Positions 18,340 to 31,551 of a stretch of 64,000 bases of DNA are shown piece by piece; the first letter of the stretch is position 1; every line of letters begins with the position of its first letter. The translations under genes were made by a program, and so were the position numbers. The stretch is from the human T2T-CHM13v2.0 reference genome, Homo sapiens. The stretch lies in NCBI RefSeq assembly GCF_009914755.1, contig NC_060939.1; one strand, written 5' to 3'. The notes below the pieces were generated by a model, which was not told the origin of the DNA, did not search any database, and saw nothing but the letters and a program-made list of their open reading frames with translations.

Positions 18340-18470
18340 AGTGTAACAGAAAGAACACTGGGTTACACTGAATCTGCAGTTGTGGTCATATGTCACTGGG
18401 CCCCCGTTTCTTAACCACTAACATAAGTTTATTATGATGGTTGATTCCCAAGGTCCTTTCTAGGTTTTTA
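18340..18470 (+). mobile_element. MIR/MIR3 fragment
   Basis: agaaagaacactggg...ccgtttc...aaggtcctttctagg. Confidence 0.5.
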
Positions 18471-19250
18471 AGTCCATTGTACTATGAGTCTATTAGTAAA
18501 TGATTGTGCTGCATGATCTAGGTTGTACTGTAAATTTGAGATTCCACTATAAATTTTCTGAATTCTCTTCTCAGTTGCCCTAGAATTGGAAAAGAATAAG
18601 ACCAGTTTTCTAAGATAATTACAAAAACTATGTCCTAGTGAATGTGCTACAGAATTATGAAAAGTTCTGAGGCACTGTCTGCCATGGCATTCTATTGTCG
18701 GTTTTGCATTGTTTTCCATATCTTCTTTTTAACTCAATTTCTTATATTTTCTAGCAGAAATGGGACAAGGTTTCTTAAAGTATAACAACTGTGATTTCCT
18801 TTATCATTCTGTGCTTTAGAACTTTGCTTCAGGTACTTTTAAATGAGCAGACCCGAAATCTTGAAATTAAACTGCCAGTTATTAGAGATGATATTTCATG
18901 CCTCACATGGGGCGCATCTCCTTTTCATATTGCATTTGTGATAGACAGTTCCTTGCATGAATAATAGAATGGCCCTGAATGAATTCACGTCAGCTCTGCC
19001 TCAGGGAGAAACGCAAGGTGAGCTCCATGACTCCTAGTGTGATCCTTTGCCTGTTGACATTACTTTTAAACTTTTCTTCCCAAGGCTGCAGCCATGTGTA
19101 TTAAATAAATGATAAACACCATTTCTCTCACAAGGCTGGCTCACCATTTGAGCTACAGAGAATGCTTTGCAGGTAGTTGAGAGGTTAATATTGCTGAATT
19201 ATTTATTTATTCTGTGTAGTTTAAACATTCCTATTTTCTGCCTTTCCCCC

Positions 19251-19297
19251 ACTCTGTCTCTCTCTCTCTCTGTCTCTCTGTCTTTCTCTTTTTTTTA
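19251..19297. repeat. (CT)n/pyrimidine microsatellite
   Basis: ctctgtctctctctctctctgtctctctgtctttctc. Confidence 0.85.
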
Positions 19298-20319
19298 ACC
19301 TTTCTAGTGGCTGATTCAGAGTAGAGGAAATATATAATCTCCAGCAAGGACAGATCACAAAGATGGCCTCTGTCTTTGGTTGAAAAGAAAAAGAAAATGG
19401 GTAACAAACCTTGTTTCTTACTTTATTGGAGAGGAGTTCACAGTTTGTTTGTTTTTTTCTTTCTACAAGAAAACAATTTGAAGAATATAGATGTTTGAAA
19501 AAAAAAAGGGAAGGAGAAAGTAATAAGTGACCCTACTACAGGGACAGACCCTGAAACTGTGCAGATCTCCTGAAACCCCTGTTGTTTATCATCTGCATCC
19601 AGTCTGCTATTGCATTTTTTTGAATAATTCAGATGAAAAGTGGATGAACTGAACGAAGACATTCCTGAAGGGTAGACAACGAGAAGAACTGCAAAAAACG
19701 TCACTTACTGTGAGGAATGAAATTGCCAGGTGGCCACTCCAGAAATGCCTTGACTCACTTGTAGAAGTCCTTCAAGCATCCCTAAGTTTGCAAATGAGAA
19801 AATCATTGCACAGGTTCCCACCCTTTTCTCTAGTCTCATTTCTATCCTAACTTCATACTTCAGGTTATACTCTTCTTGTTAACTTTTACTTTAACAAACA
19901 TTACTTTTACTAACTTACTAACTTATTACTAACATTTTATTGGATATTGGAAGATTTTTTTTAAAAGCAAAGGTTCTCTGATAACTTTTATGAGTGATAA
20001 TTAACTAAGAACAACCAAGCTAGGCTTATGCGCCAGCTTAATCATTCCATCCCATGTGTTGACTCTATGCCTTATTCAGAATGCAGGTTCTTAAGAGGAC
20101 GTGTCTGAACTTTAGGACTCTGGGTTGGACCTGTCTAGCCTTCATGGTCCCTTATCTCCTTGGTCTCTGAAACCACTTGTCTGACCTACAGAGAAATGGG
20201 AACCTAAACTCTGAGTAGATTCTTCCAGTCTACAGAGATTCTGAAGCCCCATTTCCCAGAATGAACTTGCCCAGTGTGCAGAGGGTCTTAGGGCTATATG
20301 GCTGACTTGAACTGGTCTG

Positions 20320-20776
20320 GAAAGTTCTCAAACTTTTGGTCTCAGTACACCTTTACACTCTTAAAAATTATGTTTACAGGAGTTCTATCAATACTATATT
20401 AGATGTCAAATTTCAGATTATAAAATATGTATTGATTCATTTAAAACAATAATAAACACATTAATATAAACATATGTAATGTATTATTGTGAAAAGTAGC
20501 TATTTTCCGAAACAAAAATATTCCATGTGAAGAGTGGCATTGTTTTACAATTTTTTTTGCAAATTTCTTTCATATTAATATTTGATTTAATAGAAGACAG
20601 CTAGATTCTAATATCTTCCTCTTCATTTTAATCTACTGCAATATGTTGTGTTATGTGAAGTACATAAAATTTGGCCTCCCACAGATAGGCATTTGGAAAA
20701 GGGAAGACTTCATGAGTGACCTGAAATGGTCTTGGAGGTCTCTAGAGGTTCTAATCTCTCACTTTGAAAACTTCTG
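20320..20776 (+). mobile_element. Charlie4a-like hAT element
   Basis: gttctcaaacttttggtctcagtacacctttacactcttaaaaattat ... gaagagtggcattgttttac ... cactttgaaaacttctg. Confidence 0.8.
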
Positions 20777-20989
20777 GTTTCTTAGGGAATATCCTCTAGC
20801 TCTCAATGGGCCAGCTATCTTTTTCGTCATCTAAACCCCCTCCCTTATATTCACTGTCCTAACCATTAAAGTGGCTGATACCCTATCTTCTGCATGAACC
20901 AATGTGACATTAAAGAGATTTAAGCCACCTGTTTCAAAAATGGAGCTATTCAACCCATCAAGGTGTCTAGTGGAAGACATTTCTAGTGT

Positions 20990-21372
20990 TCTCTGACATA
21001 CATTTCTCCCCCTCTTCCAAGCACATGGAAGAATGTAGCTCTCAGACTCTGTGTAATGAGCAGGGCCATGTGAGTTAGGTCTGATAAACAAGCTCTAGGG
21101 AAACGTGTAATTTTAGGACTTAGGCAATGAAAACTCATATGTCTGTCTCTCCTGATGTGGGAAGAATAAAAGATCTGTGTCCCAGATGGTGCATTTAAGA
21201 GATGGTAGAGTCCTTATCAGTTGCATCATTGAGTTCCTGTGTACGGAAGAGCTCCCCAACCTGCACTGGACATGTAGTAAGAGCAAGAAATAAGCCTTTG
21301 TTAGGCTAAGGCAATGGTATGTAGTGGCTGATTAGTTACTGCAGCATAACCTAGCTCATACTTAAAAATACA
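20990..21372 (+). mobile_element. MLT1 (MaLR; MLT1I/J-like) solo LTR
   Basis: ggacatgtagtaagagcaagaaataagcctttgtt...gttactgcagcataacctagc...aataca. Confidence 0.75.
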
Positions 21373-21798
21373 TATAGTCTTTGAAGGAAAAGAATCCTTA
21401 AAAAGCATTTATAAAACCAATGCTAAATCTTTGAATGTCAGAGTCCTAGCTCATTTGAGCGCCCTAGATTCTAATAACTCCAGCTGACTCCACCTGTTTC
21501 TTCACCTGCCCCTGCTGTCTCCACTGTTCTAGGTAGCTGGGTTCCATAGCAGAGTAGAAAAAGGCAAATGGAAGTCAAAGTGATGGTCTTCATTGTTATA
21601 CCTCAGAATCAGCTCTGATCCCTATACTTACACCTAAATTGTTCCACATCCACAAAGTAACTTCCCTTCCTTCGTTGCTAATTTTTCAATGACACCAGCA
21701 TTCTCTGAGATCATCTAAGCTTAAAAAATCAGGGGCACTTTGACAATTTCCACTTATTCACATTCACTTCATTCTGTTCATTTTTTCTGGAAAACCAT

Positions 21799-22210
21799 TG
21801 GTTAGGCCATTCTTGCATTGCTATGAAGAAGTGCCTGAGACTGGGTAATATAAAGAAAAGAGGTTTAATTGGCTCATGGCTCTGCATGCTTTACAGGAAG
21901 CATGGTGCCGGCATCTCCTTGGCTTCCAAGGAGGCCTCAGGAAGCTTATCATAATGGTGGAAGACAAAGGGGGAGATGGTTTTTCACATGACAAAAGCAG
22001 GAGCAAAAGAGAGAGACAGAGAGAGAGAGTGCAGCGGGGTGGGGGCACACACTTTAAAATGATCAGATCTTTTGTGAAGTCAGAGGGAGAGTTCAGTTTA
22101 TCACCAAGGGTATGGCCCAAGCCATTTATGAGGGATCTGCCCCCGTGATCCAAACACTTTTACATTTCAACAGGAGATTTGGGTGGGGACATCAATTCAG
22201 ACTATATTAA
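21799..22210 (-). mobile_element. MSTA/MSTB (MaLR) solo LTR inserted in an L2 fragment
   Basis: ttaggccattcttgcattgctatgaag...aaagaaaagaggtttaattggctcatgg...gagatttgggtggggaca. Confidence 0.9.
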
Positions 22211-22425
22211 CAAGTCTCATGTCTGTCCATTCCTCTCAATTTCTACTGCTGAGATTCCATTTCTATCTTGGCTTGCTGCTTGAAATATGGCCCCATGTCC
22301 CAAACTAGTTAATGCACCGTCAACATTTCTCTCACATTCCAGTGCCCTGTGGTGGAGGGGAAAGGTGACTAACTGAAGATCTAACCTGGGCAGTGACTAT
22401 AGTAGTTGTTTTGCTTGCTCCGTTT

Positions 22426-22580
22426 TACTTAATCCTCACAATATCTCTTTAAGGTAGATATTGGTAATTTGATTTTACCAATGTTGAAATTAAGACTTGG
22501 AAAGTTTAAGAAATGTATCTCAGTATCACAGTGCTAGTAAATAGTGGAGCTAGAATTGAAACCAAAGTCTGGTTATCCCT
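22426..22580 (-). mobile_element. MIR
   Basis: ttaatcctcacaa...aggtagatatt...agtaaatagtggagctagaattgaaacc. Confidence 0.75.
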
Positions 22581-23148
22581 CCACAGAATTTCTATAATGG
22601 CCTTTTGCCATTCAATAAATACTGAATGGTTAAGTGAGTGAGTTAGTGAATGAATGCATGAATTCATGCATGAATACATGAATGAGAGGAGTAGTGGGCA
22701 AAAGACTTGTAATATGATTTTGTGCACTTTTGCAAGCAGAGGTCAGTTACTTTTATGGCCGTAGTAGCTGCTGTCACCACTGCTGTGAATATTCCATCTT
22801 CATGTCTGTGACCGTCCTTCCACCTGTACACTCCACAGCCCACACTCTTACTTAGGACAGCCGAGCACAACTTAATCAACTAGTATTGAAATAATTCTGA
22901 TTGGGAGCATACTAATGCTTCCTTCAATTAGTTTCCTCCAGAGTTAATCCCATTTACTTTTCCTGTTTGGGCAACCAGCTGTTTGAGGTTGCTGGGCAAC
23001 CCAGAGTTGAAGGGCGGGAGGGTGGAGAGAGATTGAGGCCCAGAAGCTTCAACCAAGGTGAAGATTAAATGAGACTCAAATGTCAGAGAGGATTTATTTT
23101 AAGGCACCAACTGATTATTGCAAAATGAACATTGAAAAGGTGAGCTAA

Positions 23149-23434
23149 CACGCCTGTAATCCCAGCACTTTGGAAGGCCGAGGCAGGTGAATCACAAGGT
23201 CAGGAATTCGAGACCAGCCTAACCAACATGGTGAAACCCTGTCTCTACTAAATATACAAAAATTAGCCGGGTGTGGTGGCCTGCACCTGTAATCCCAGCT
23301 ACTCAGGAGGCCAAAGCAGGAGAATCGCTCGAACCTAGGAGGCGGAGGTTTCAGTGGGCCAAGATCGTGCCACTGCACTCCAGCCTGGGTGACAGAGCAA
23401 AACTCCATCTCAAAAAAAAAAAAAAAAAAAAAAA
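23149..23434 (+). mobile_element. AluS (Sg-like), slightly 5'-truncated
   Basis: 15-bp TSD gaaaaggtgagctaa at 23134-23148 and 23435-23449; pure A tail. Confidence 0.97.
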
Positions 23435-26400
23435 GAAAAGGTGAGCTAAATTCAGTTCAGCATATTTGTTTTTCAGTATTTATAATCTTAAGGTAATCTA
23501 ATTTTTCTTCTGAAACAGTGTAGCAACAAAGAGCCCAGGGGATTTGATTTTGAGTGAAAGGCAAAAAGTGAGGCTTCAGGGAAAGCAAGAGTGGTTGTGA
23601 AATGGCAGCTTTCCTCTGGGATGGCTGTGTTGTTTCTATAGAAGTGGATTAAACAATGGAGTGTGTTCAATCCTGCAGAAACTTCCCTAGCACAAAGCAG
23701 GGGGCCAGATATTACAGAAAATACTAATATTGTAGAGAGGCAGAAAGAAAAAAATCACAGAGGTGGGAAAATCTTAGGGCATTATGAGCAGACACTAAAG
23801 ATCAGAGAGGAAATGGAATGTGAGCACTCAGCCCCAGCCTTATGCATTCTAGATCACCATCTGCAACCATGACAGTCCTGGGAGTGTTGCTGGCGGCAGG
23901 CTGATGCTTGAGGGGTGGGGAGTGCGCCACTGTAACTTCATCCTGGGAGGACTGAAATAATTGCTGGGCTCCTTTCAGATGCACTGGGTGAATGTAAAAA
24001 AGAAGAGTGGTTCAGTAATCTTAAAAGTAAAGAAAAACTTCCAGGTGATCTTGAGGAAAAAAATGTCTTTCTCTTTAAAGCCTCTGCAATACTTCCGCAG
24101 CATACTGCCTATGGGACAGAATTATTTTTCATCTAAGAAATACAAGGATACATTCACATCTCTGGTTTAAGGCCTATACATAAGAGAAATTGAAGGGATC
24201 GCTGTGAAGCTTTCAACGAAAGCTAAAATTCCAAATCCCACTGGAGTCATTATGCCACCTTTGGCAAATCAGTTACTAAACCCAGATTTGAAAATAATGC
24301 AACATTTTTTTTTCCTGAAACTAAAGTAAGAATGTTTCATTTAGCATCCAGTCTCACATTCTCAGAGGGCAATTACTTCCAACACTTCCATGGGAATTAA
24401 ACTGAAATGAGAGAGGAAGAGAGAGATTGAGAAACTGGGAGATGAAGAATTGTTCAGTTCTGTGTAAGTAGAAGAATGACAGAGCTGAAAGAAACAGACA
24501 TGTTTTTTAATAAAATAATAATCATTGAATCATTTTAAAATCCAAACTTTAAATACATATAAATCATTTATATATATGTATATCACCGGAAATGATTTAT
24601 ATTAATTACTACAAATATATAACATCAATTTAATTATATATATATATACACACACACACATATATTCAAATTTAGAGTGACATCCTTTCTGCTACACTAG
24701 TGTCATATCACTTATTTGAACAGTAACTGAGACATCAAGATGAGGCAATAAAAATGACCGCAGTCTCGTGAATGAACACTTTGTTAGTCTTCTCTCCAAT
24801 ACATACAGCCAATATGTGGGACCGGAAAAACAAAAACTTAACCATTCGCATGGGTGCATAGAGTAAGTAAAACATTTATTGCATGAGGTTATTTAAGAAA
24901 TTTGTAGCCAGATAACAGAGTTGTATAATTCAGGTTCCTCTACAAAGACATGGAAATAGCCCTCTTATACAGAACCATTTATGTGATACCGTCTCTTGTA
25001 ATGAATTTCTGTTTTGGCAAATACAGTCTTTCAGTGATGTATAGCTAGGCTATTCCATTACGTTTCAGGTCTTCATTCAGAGTAATAGAAGAAATATCCA
25101 CAGCATAATATTCCTCATATCCAACTTGGATACTTAATGGCAGGCAAATTAATGGAGAAAAAAAGCCCGAAGTCTAAGATGGAAACTGTTGGAAGGGCTA
25201 TGAAAATTTGAATGATCCTATTTGGAGTTCCTCAGTGCTATAAGGGCAAAAAGGTCTTCTTTTCAATATAAGATTACTAAACATGAATTGCCTTTGTGTT
25301 CACATGTTGTAACTGGAGAAGAAACTTGGCTGATGCCTGAGGTTGTAAGTCTGTTATCTGAATTTCTCTACCTCCCTCCCTCACGTTCAGAAAACTGTCT
25401 CAGGAAAATGGGGACCTGAGGATGCAGCCCTAGAACTCCAGCACTGGACTCTCACCTGCAGATGGCATCTAGGATCTGACTGAAAATGATGACTGGAGCC
25501 TTTAGGAAGCCCATGTTGTTGTGTGTCTTTTACTCTCTTCCCTTCCTAACCAGCTGCCTTGATTTGAAGCATTTGTCTCAGTTTTCTATGGGAATTCTAG
25601 GGAATGGGACCATGTCCTTTTAAACTGGTACCAACTTCACTCCCAGATATTTCTCTACTCTGCCCTACATATGCCACTGTGTTGTCCCACTATTATCTAT
25701 AATGCTTTGATTTTTCTCTCTGAACCTCCTTCTAGCACTCATATCTTCAACATTATTACAGAAAGTTATTTTTATCATCATAATGTTTTGATAATACCAT
25801 AACACTGTGATAGACCTTTTGTTGTGTTTGGTTATGTCTATCTAATCTATATCTGTCTTTAGCTGTTCTTTATTTCTCTGTCTCTGTCTCTCTCTCTCAA
25901 GTCAGAGTGTACAACAGTAAGCAAAGTTTGGCCTCTGTTCTCGCGTGAAATCAAGTTAACATGCTCCACCTGTTGATATGTTTGTAAGAGAAATCTCATG
26001 TATATGCACATATGCAGAATTTCTGCTCTTTGCTTCTCAGGAAATCTCTTTTCTCCAATGTAGGAAGAACACATTAAAATGAATAAGTCATGTTATTTTT
26101 AGAAAACAGAAAAGCAAATAAATGTGTGAATAGAATATGCACTGTTTCTGTGCTTGAAACATTGAACATTGAATATTGATTGAAAGGCCACCATGAACTT
26201 TGAAAGACCACTGTGTTCAGAGAACTGTGATAGAAACTAAAAGAGTATAAAAAGATGTGATACTTTCATTTTTGAGAGGTTTACAGTGGGATGCAGAAAA
26301 AAAGAAACCTGTAAATGTGAATGGCAGTGTGTTTGGTTAGTACCTACTGGCTATATAAAATTGCTTTTGGATGTGTTTCATGATTCCTTATAAAACGAAG

Positions 26401-26550
26401 ACTTAATAAGTTTACTTGGCAGCTGATGGGCAAAGTTTTAAAAAAAATCAAATGAGTTTTTTGTTTTCCTTTAAGCAGTTCCTGGCAATGCTTTCTTTTT
26501 TTTTATTTCAAACAGATGAGTTTTTAAAACAATGATTGCATTTAGAACCT

Positions 26551-27609
26551 TCAAGAAAGCTTGTTAACCATGGATTTGATGAGCCGGGTCCTGAGATCTG
26601 AACTGGGAGCTAGCTTGGTGCACACATGGCAGGGCCAAGGAGGTCTTGGATTTCCATGTAAGGGATACACAGACAAATAAACGTGATAAGGGCAAACGTT
26701 AGCCTTGCACCCTTTGAGTAGCAAATCACAGCGTATATTGTGTAGTCCATGAAGACTGGTGTCATCCATCCCAGGGCCTGGGTACTGTGTACAGGGTGAG
26801 CAATGACTTAGATGGAGAAAATATTTATCATTTGTTTTGATCACTTTTTCATTGCAACCACATTTCCTAAGGAAATGGGTATACCAGTTCAAATATTTGC
26901 TCTTCATTTCATGCTGCTTGGCAGTCTTTGCATCCTTTGCTCTCTGACTTGTTCGCCTGGCTGTGCAGTCTGTTTCCCAAGAGTGCTCTTGATGAGATAT
27001 TTTGTTTTTATCAGGAAATTGATTTCTTGCATCTTTTTCTGAGATTACTGAATCCAATATTGGAGTAGAATGACTCAATTCTTGGAAAAATGTCTAATTT
27101 GGGACTCTGGTGGTTGATTTTTATTTTCCAGAGGTTCAAAGCCGAATTTGAGCATGTTGGTGGGAGAGGCAGAGGAGATGCCTTGCGGCCCACCTGGTTC
27201 TTCCTTGCATGAAGCTCTCATCCTCCTCCAGCAGTGTGCCTCATCACACTGGGCTCTGGGTGTATCTTGCTTCCACTGGAGAGAGCATCCTGCTCCAGTG
27301 TAGCTTTTCACTGTTTCCCTAGTTCTAAATCTTGACTGAGGTTTCTTGGTCTTATTCTTTAATTCCTTAAGCATCCTGGCAGTTCCTTACTGGGCTGTCT
27401 GCCTTTACAATTGTGCGTTGTTGCATTTTTGGTGAGATTAGCCTAAATTCACCACTCTTCCTTGGTGTCGAGAGGTGGCTTAGTGCCCTAAGCTTTGGGT
27501 TAATAAAGGCTGGACTCTTGAGTCCAGGACTAGCACAGCTGTCTGTACTCTGTGTCTTCCCATAAGAGATGCACCAAGCAGTTTTATTATGTGTAAGGGC
27601 CTTTGCCAT
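26551..27609 (-). pseudogene. Candidate disabled intronless gene (~352 codons, two frameshifts), product unknown
   Basis: ORFs of 80, 99 and 175 aa tile end to end with <20-nt overlap windows; strong Kozak atcATGG; upstream in-frame stop; AATAAA and A-tract ~45 nt after the stop; no recognisable repeat. Confidence 0.55.
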
Positions 27610-28243
27610 GATACTTTTGAGAAGGGCGATGTGTATATTTATATTTCACCTTGATGTTTTATTCATGACTGATACTTGTTTAGTCTATGATGGCAGTAGG
27701 GAGTAGGAAAGCAGTCTGTGTGTCTGAGTCTGGTTCATTTAGGTCTTAAACTCAGAACTGGTTTAATGCAGCACGTGTATGTAGTTATTATAAACAATGA
27801 TGGCAGGAATGCACAATTTTCTGCAATTAAAATGCCCAGTATATTCAATTCACTGGATTTTACCCTGTGACCACTGTGCTGTTTCTCTCTATGTGAAGAA
27901 ATATACTCAATTAAGTGTTGCATAATGTGAGCTTTGTCAGTCCAAAAAATTTTTTCAAGTTGCTTGTGGTGTCATTGGTATTTATTCTGCAACGTCAGCA
28001 GTGCTTGCGGGCCAAATGCAGAGTGCAGGCTGTGGTTGAAGCAACTTTTTTTTGTTGTTGTTCACATTCCAACATTCTTAAGAACTGCCTGAAAAGAAAT
28101 GTTGGAACTGCTTTCTAAAAGTACTTTTCAGAGCCGTGCACTATTGGAGAAGTTAAGAACCTTACAGTTCCGAAGGAAAAACAAAAAAAAAGACTGTGGG
28201 AATCTCTTTTATTCCTACTTTGTGACAATGCTAGTTTATTTAA

Positions 28244-28564
<321 letters not shown>

Positions 28565-29099
28565 TAAAATTTAAAATGTTACAAAAAGCGTTTCCGTGTT
28601 CTCATTTTCTGACTTCCTCCTGAGGTAGGAAAAGAATAACTCTTGTAAATAATGAAATGATTCTGTCTTGCACAGAACACAAAACAAAACATTCCAGTGC
28701 ACTCTTGATAGCATGCCTCTGGGTCCCTTCCTGCAGGATTCTCCTTCTGTACTTTGCAGAGACCTTCATTTTTCCCCTACCTATAATTGAAAGGCTACCT
28801 ATAAGGTGAAATGTATACGTTGTTTAAATGTTTATTCTTTTCAGCTATTGGCCAACAATTGACAAAGATGGAGATGAGAAGCAACAATCTTAATATTTGA
28901 AAGTGTTCATTCTCTTTTTCTCTGCCCAGTCTGGAGCAAATCTGAAGCATTTAGTTCTCTTGTGCAATATTTCCTTTGTCCTAGCTGCCTCTGAAAGGAA
29001 TCATTAATACCCTTTTAGCCTTAGCTTAGCCCTAGGCTTTAACAGAGTAGGGAGAGCCAAGAGAAGCAGAAAGACAATAGGCCGGCAAGAGGGGGCATC

Positions 29100-29340
29100 A
29101 GGTTTGAAGTCCCCGTTGCTCACTTTTCACTAGCTGAAAGGCCTGTGTTTATTATCTGCAGCACATTTGTCAGCTGTAAAACAAAGGTAAATACACATAC
29201 TTATGTATCTTATATGGAAGATATTTGTTTATATTTTTTAGTCTTTGTTGTATCTTTGCAGGTTTAAGAGCATCAAGTGAGCTCATGTATTAGAAGTTAT
29301 TTTTGAAAATTACAGATTAGATAAACATAAGTTATTAATC
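29100..29340 (+). mobile_element. MIR, decayed
   Basis: ggtttgaagtccc...cactagctg...cagctgtaaaa...aagtgagctcatgta. Confidence 0.5.
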
Positions 29341-31551
29341 TTATTTTTCCAACTTCAGCGGGAGCCAGGATTCCACAGTTTGAAAAATGGAGACACTCTC
29401 CTTCAACTCTTCTTTTCCTCTCTCTAAATTAACAGTGGGTTAGCATGAGAAGTTTGGTCCTTTTCAAGGCCTAATTTTACTGTGAGTTTATAGGACCAAA
29501 CTTCTGAAAGAACTGTGAGTAGATCTTTAGATTACTCTCCTAAAGAGATAGCAAGACCTATCCAGAGAAATAACTACTGTGTGTGAAGGAGGAAAGAAAG
29601 CCCCTATGGCAGGGAAGTGGAGATCTTTAAAGCAATGATTTGGGAATTGTATTTAAAAAGAAAGATACAGAATGTTCTCTTATGGTAATGTGAAAACTTC
29701 AATGTTAGAATTAAGCACAGAGTTAAAATGAGATACAAACATAATCAGAGTTACATTTAAAATTTGCTTTGACATATAGTTGGCCCCACAGTTAAAAGCC
29801 ATTTAGTTGGGAGCCAAACCAAATGCCAGAAGAGCTTGTTTCTCCTGAATTTAGCTAAGAGATTTTTCTTAGCCTTTCAAACTCACCTGTCACAAGTAGG
29901 TTCCATTTTTAGCTCCACCTCTGAAACATTCTGTGATTCAGGTGCCTAGTGCTGCCTCCATGACTAGCCTGTTGCTCTTCTGCCAGCTCCCAGAGCCAGA
30001 AATTTGGTGGTGCTTTTTCTTGGGTACATTCACAGAATCTCCCTTGGCCTCAAAGGGCCCAAGTGTCAGTTTTCTGATGTAATCAGAATATAAGTCATGT
30101 ATCAAGTTTCTAGTTTAGTTAAAGACTTGCATTTCAAATTGAGCTCCTTTCCTCTACCTTCCAACCCAACCCCATTTTCTTTACCTGGTTGTTTATGTGT
30201 AGGAATACTTGCTATCCAATGTAGGAGGTCACAACAGCTACAGACAGGAATAATCTGATGATGGGTTTTGGAGAGATGAATGGAGAATGGTGAATGTGTG
30301 GATATAGTAATAGGCCTAACTTCATCACAGCATGCCTGCTTTTAGAAATAGCAGTTGCCACCATCTTGCCCCCTTTGCAATAGATATTTGCTTTATGACA
30401 TTATGAAAAATCAATACAACATAAGTGTGGCATGCTGAAAATTAAACAGTCACAAAAACCCATGGCTGTGTGTGCAACTGAGCCTGTCCAGATAACCAGC
30501 TGACATTTATACATTTTCTTATTCATTGAAGCCTGTGTAGGTGAAACAGAAAATAAAGCAAGGGGGAATGTTAACTGAAAAACAGTTTATATGCCTGAAC
30601 ATATTTTATAACAACATAAAAGTGAAGAACCAGATACACTGTTTTAACTGGGGATTCCTTCAGAAAGATGGGATATAATCTGGTGAGCGTTTTATCAAGA
30701 TGTGAAGCTTGTAATAGAAAAATACTCTTTCCTTTAGTGGATGAGCAAACTCTGCCATAAATATTCACACAATTGGTTACCAAATATAATTTAGGGCCAT
30801 GTTTGAGGAACATTTTCCATATGAATATGTTTCAACACCTGCATCTCTTTAAAGCTCACTGTTCAGTAAGGGGAGTTGGTAGGCACGTGGCTGGGTGGAA
30901 AAGGAGAGAAGCAAATGGAATTCTAAACATCATCTTTACATTTCGGTCTGTAAAAAGGAAAATAAAATGGCTGTAATTATAACACAGCCCTTTCTTCCCC
31001 CCGCAAAACAGTTCTCAAGCCCATTTTGAGAATTTCTTTCCACTTGCAAAATGAATCATCAGAGAGAGGATATTTTGTCTTATTCAAGGGCACACAAACC
31101 GCAGCCAGAATTCCCCATTGCAAGCCAGTTTGGTGAATAGATTACCATCAGTTGATGTATAGTGGAATGCCGAGTCAGATTCTTTGAAAAGGAATAAATA
31201 ATATATTTTAAAATATATATTTGTCTTGGAATATTTAGGCCCTAAAGGCATAAAACATTTTTATGATTTCTCAATTGCTTTATAAAACAGATGTTTCGAC
31301 TACAAATGTCTGTTAGTCCTCAGTTTAGTTTCTTGCACAGGATTTCAGAAACTCTCACTTAAGCCACTGTTAGCAGGTGATTTAGCACTCGTCAGTTTGT
31401 CTAGCCTTTTCATATAACCCGTTACTTTTTTCCTCTCACTGTGATCTGTGTGATACTATTTCTCCCCCCACAAAAATGTTCATAAAGAGATCATGAGCAT
31501 AATTATCAAACGACATGCTGTTTTGCCTAAAATGGAAAACCTTGAAGGAAG

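Noticed and set aside
22654-22671. 18-bp perfect palindrome atgcatgaattcatgcat
   Set aside because: Arises within the (TGAA)n tail of an L2 element
25455-25468. CTCF-like motif cctgcagatggcat
   Set aside because: A single partial motif match is insufficient without binding data
26551-27609. Endogenous non-retroviral virus element (bornavirus, filovirus or parvovirus-like)
   Set aside because: No resemblance to recalled N, G, VP35 or Rep sequences in the frames I examined; a database search would still be needed to exclude it fully
27636-27643. TATAAATA as the promoter of the disabled ORF
   Set aside because: Only 34 nt upstream of the ATG, leaving almost no 5' UTR; the motif is common in AT-rich DNA
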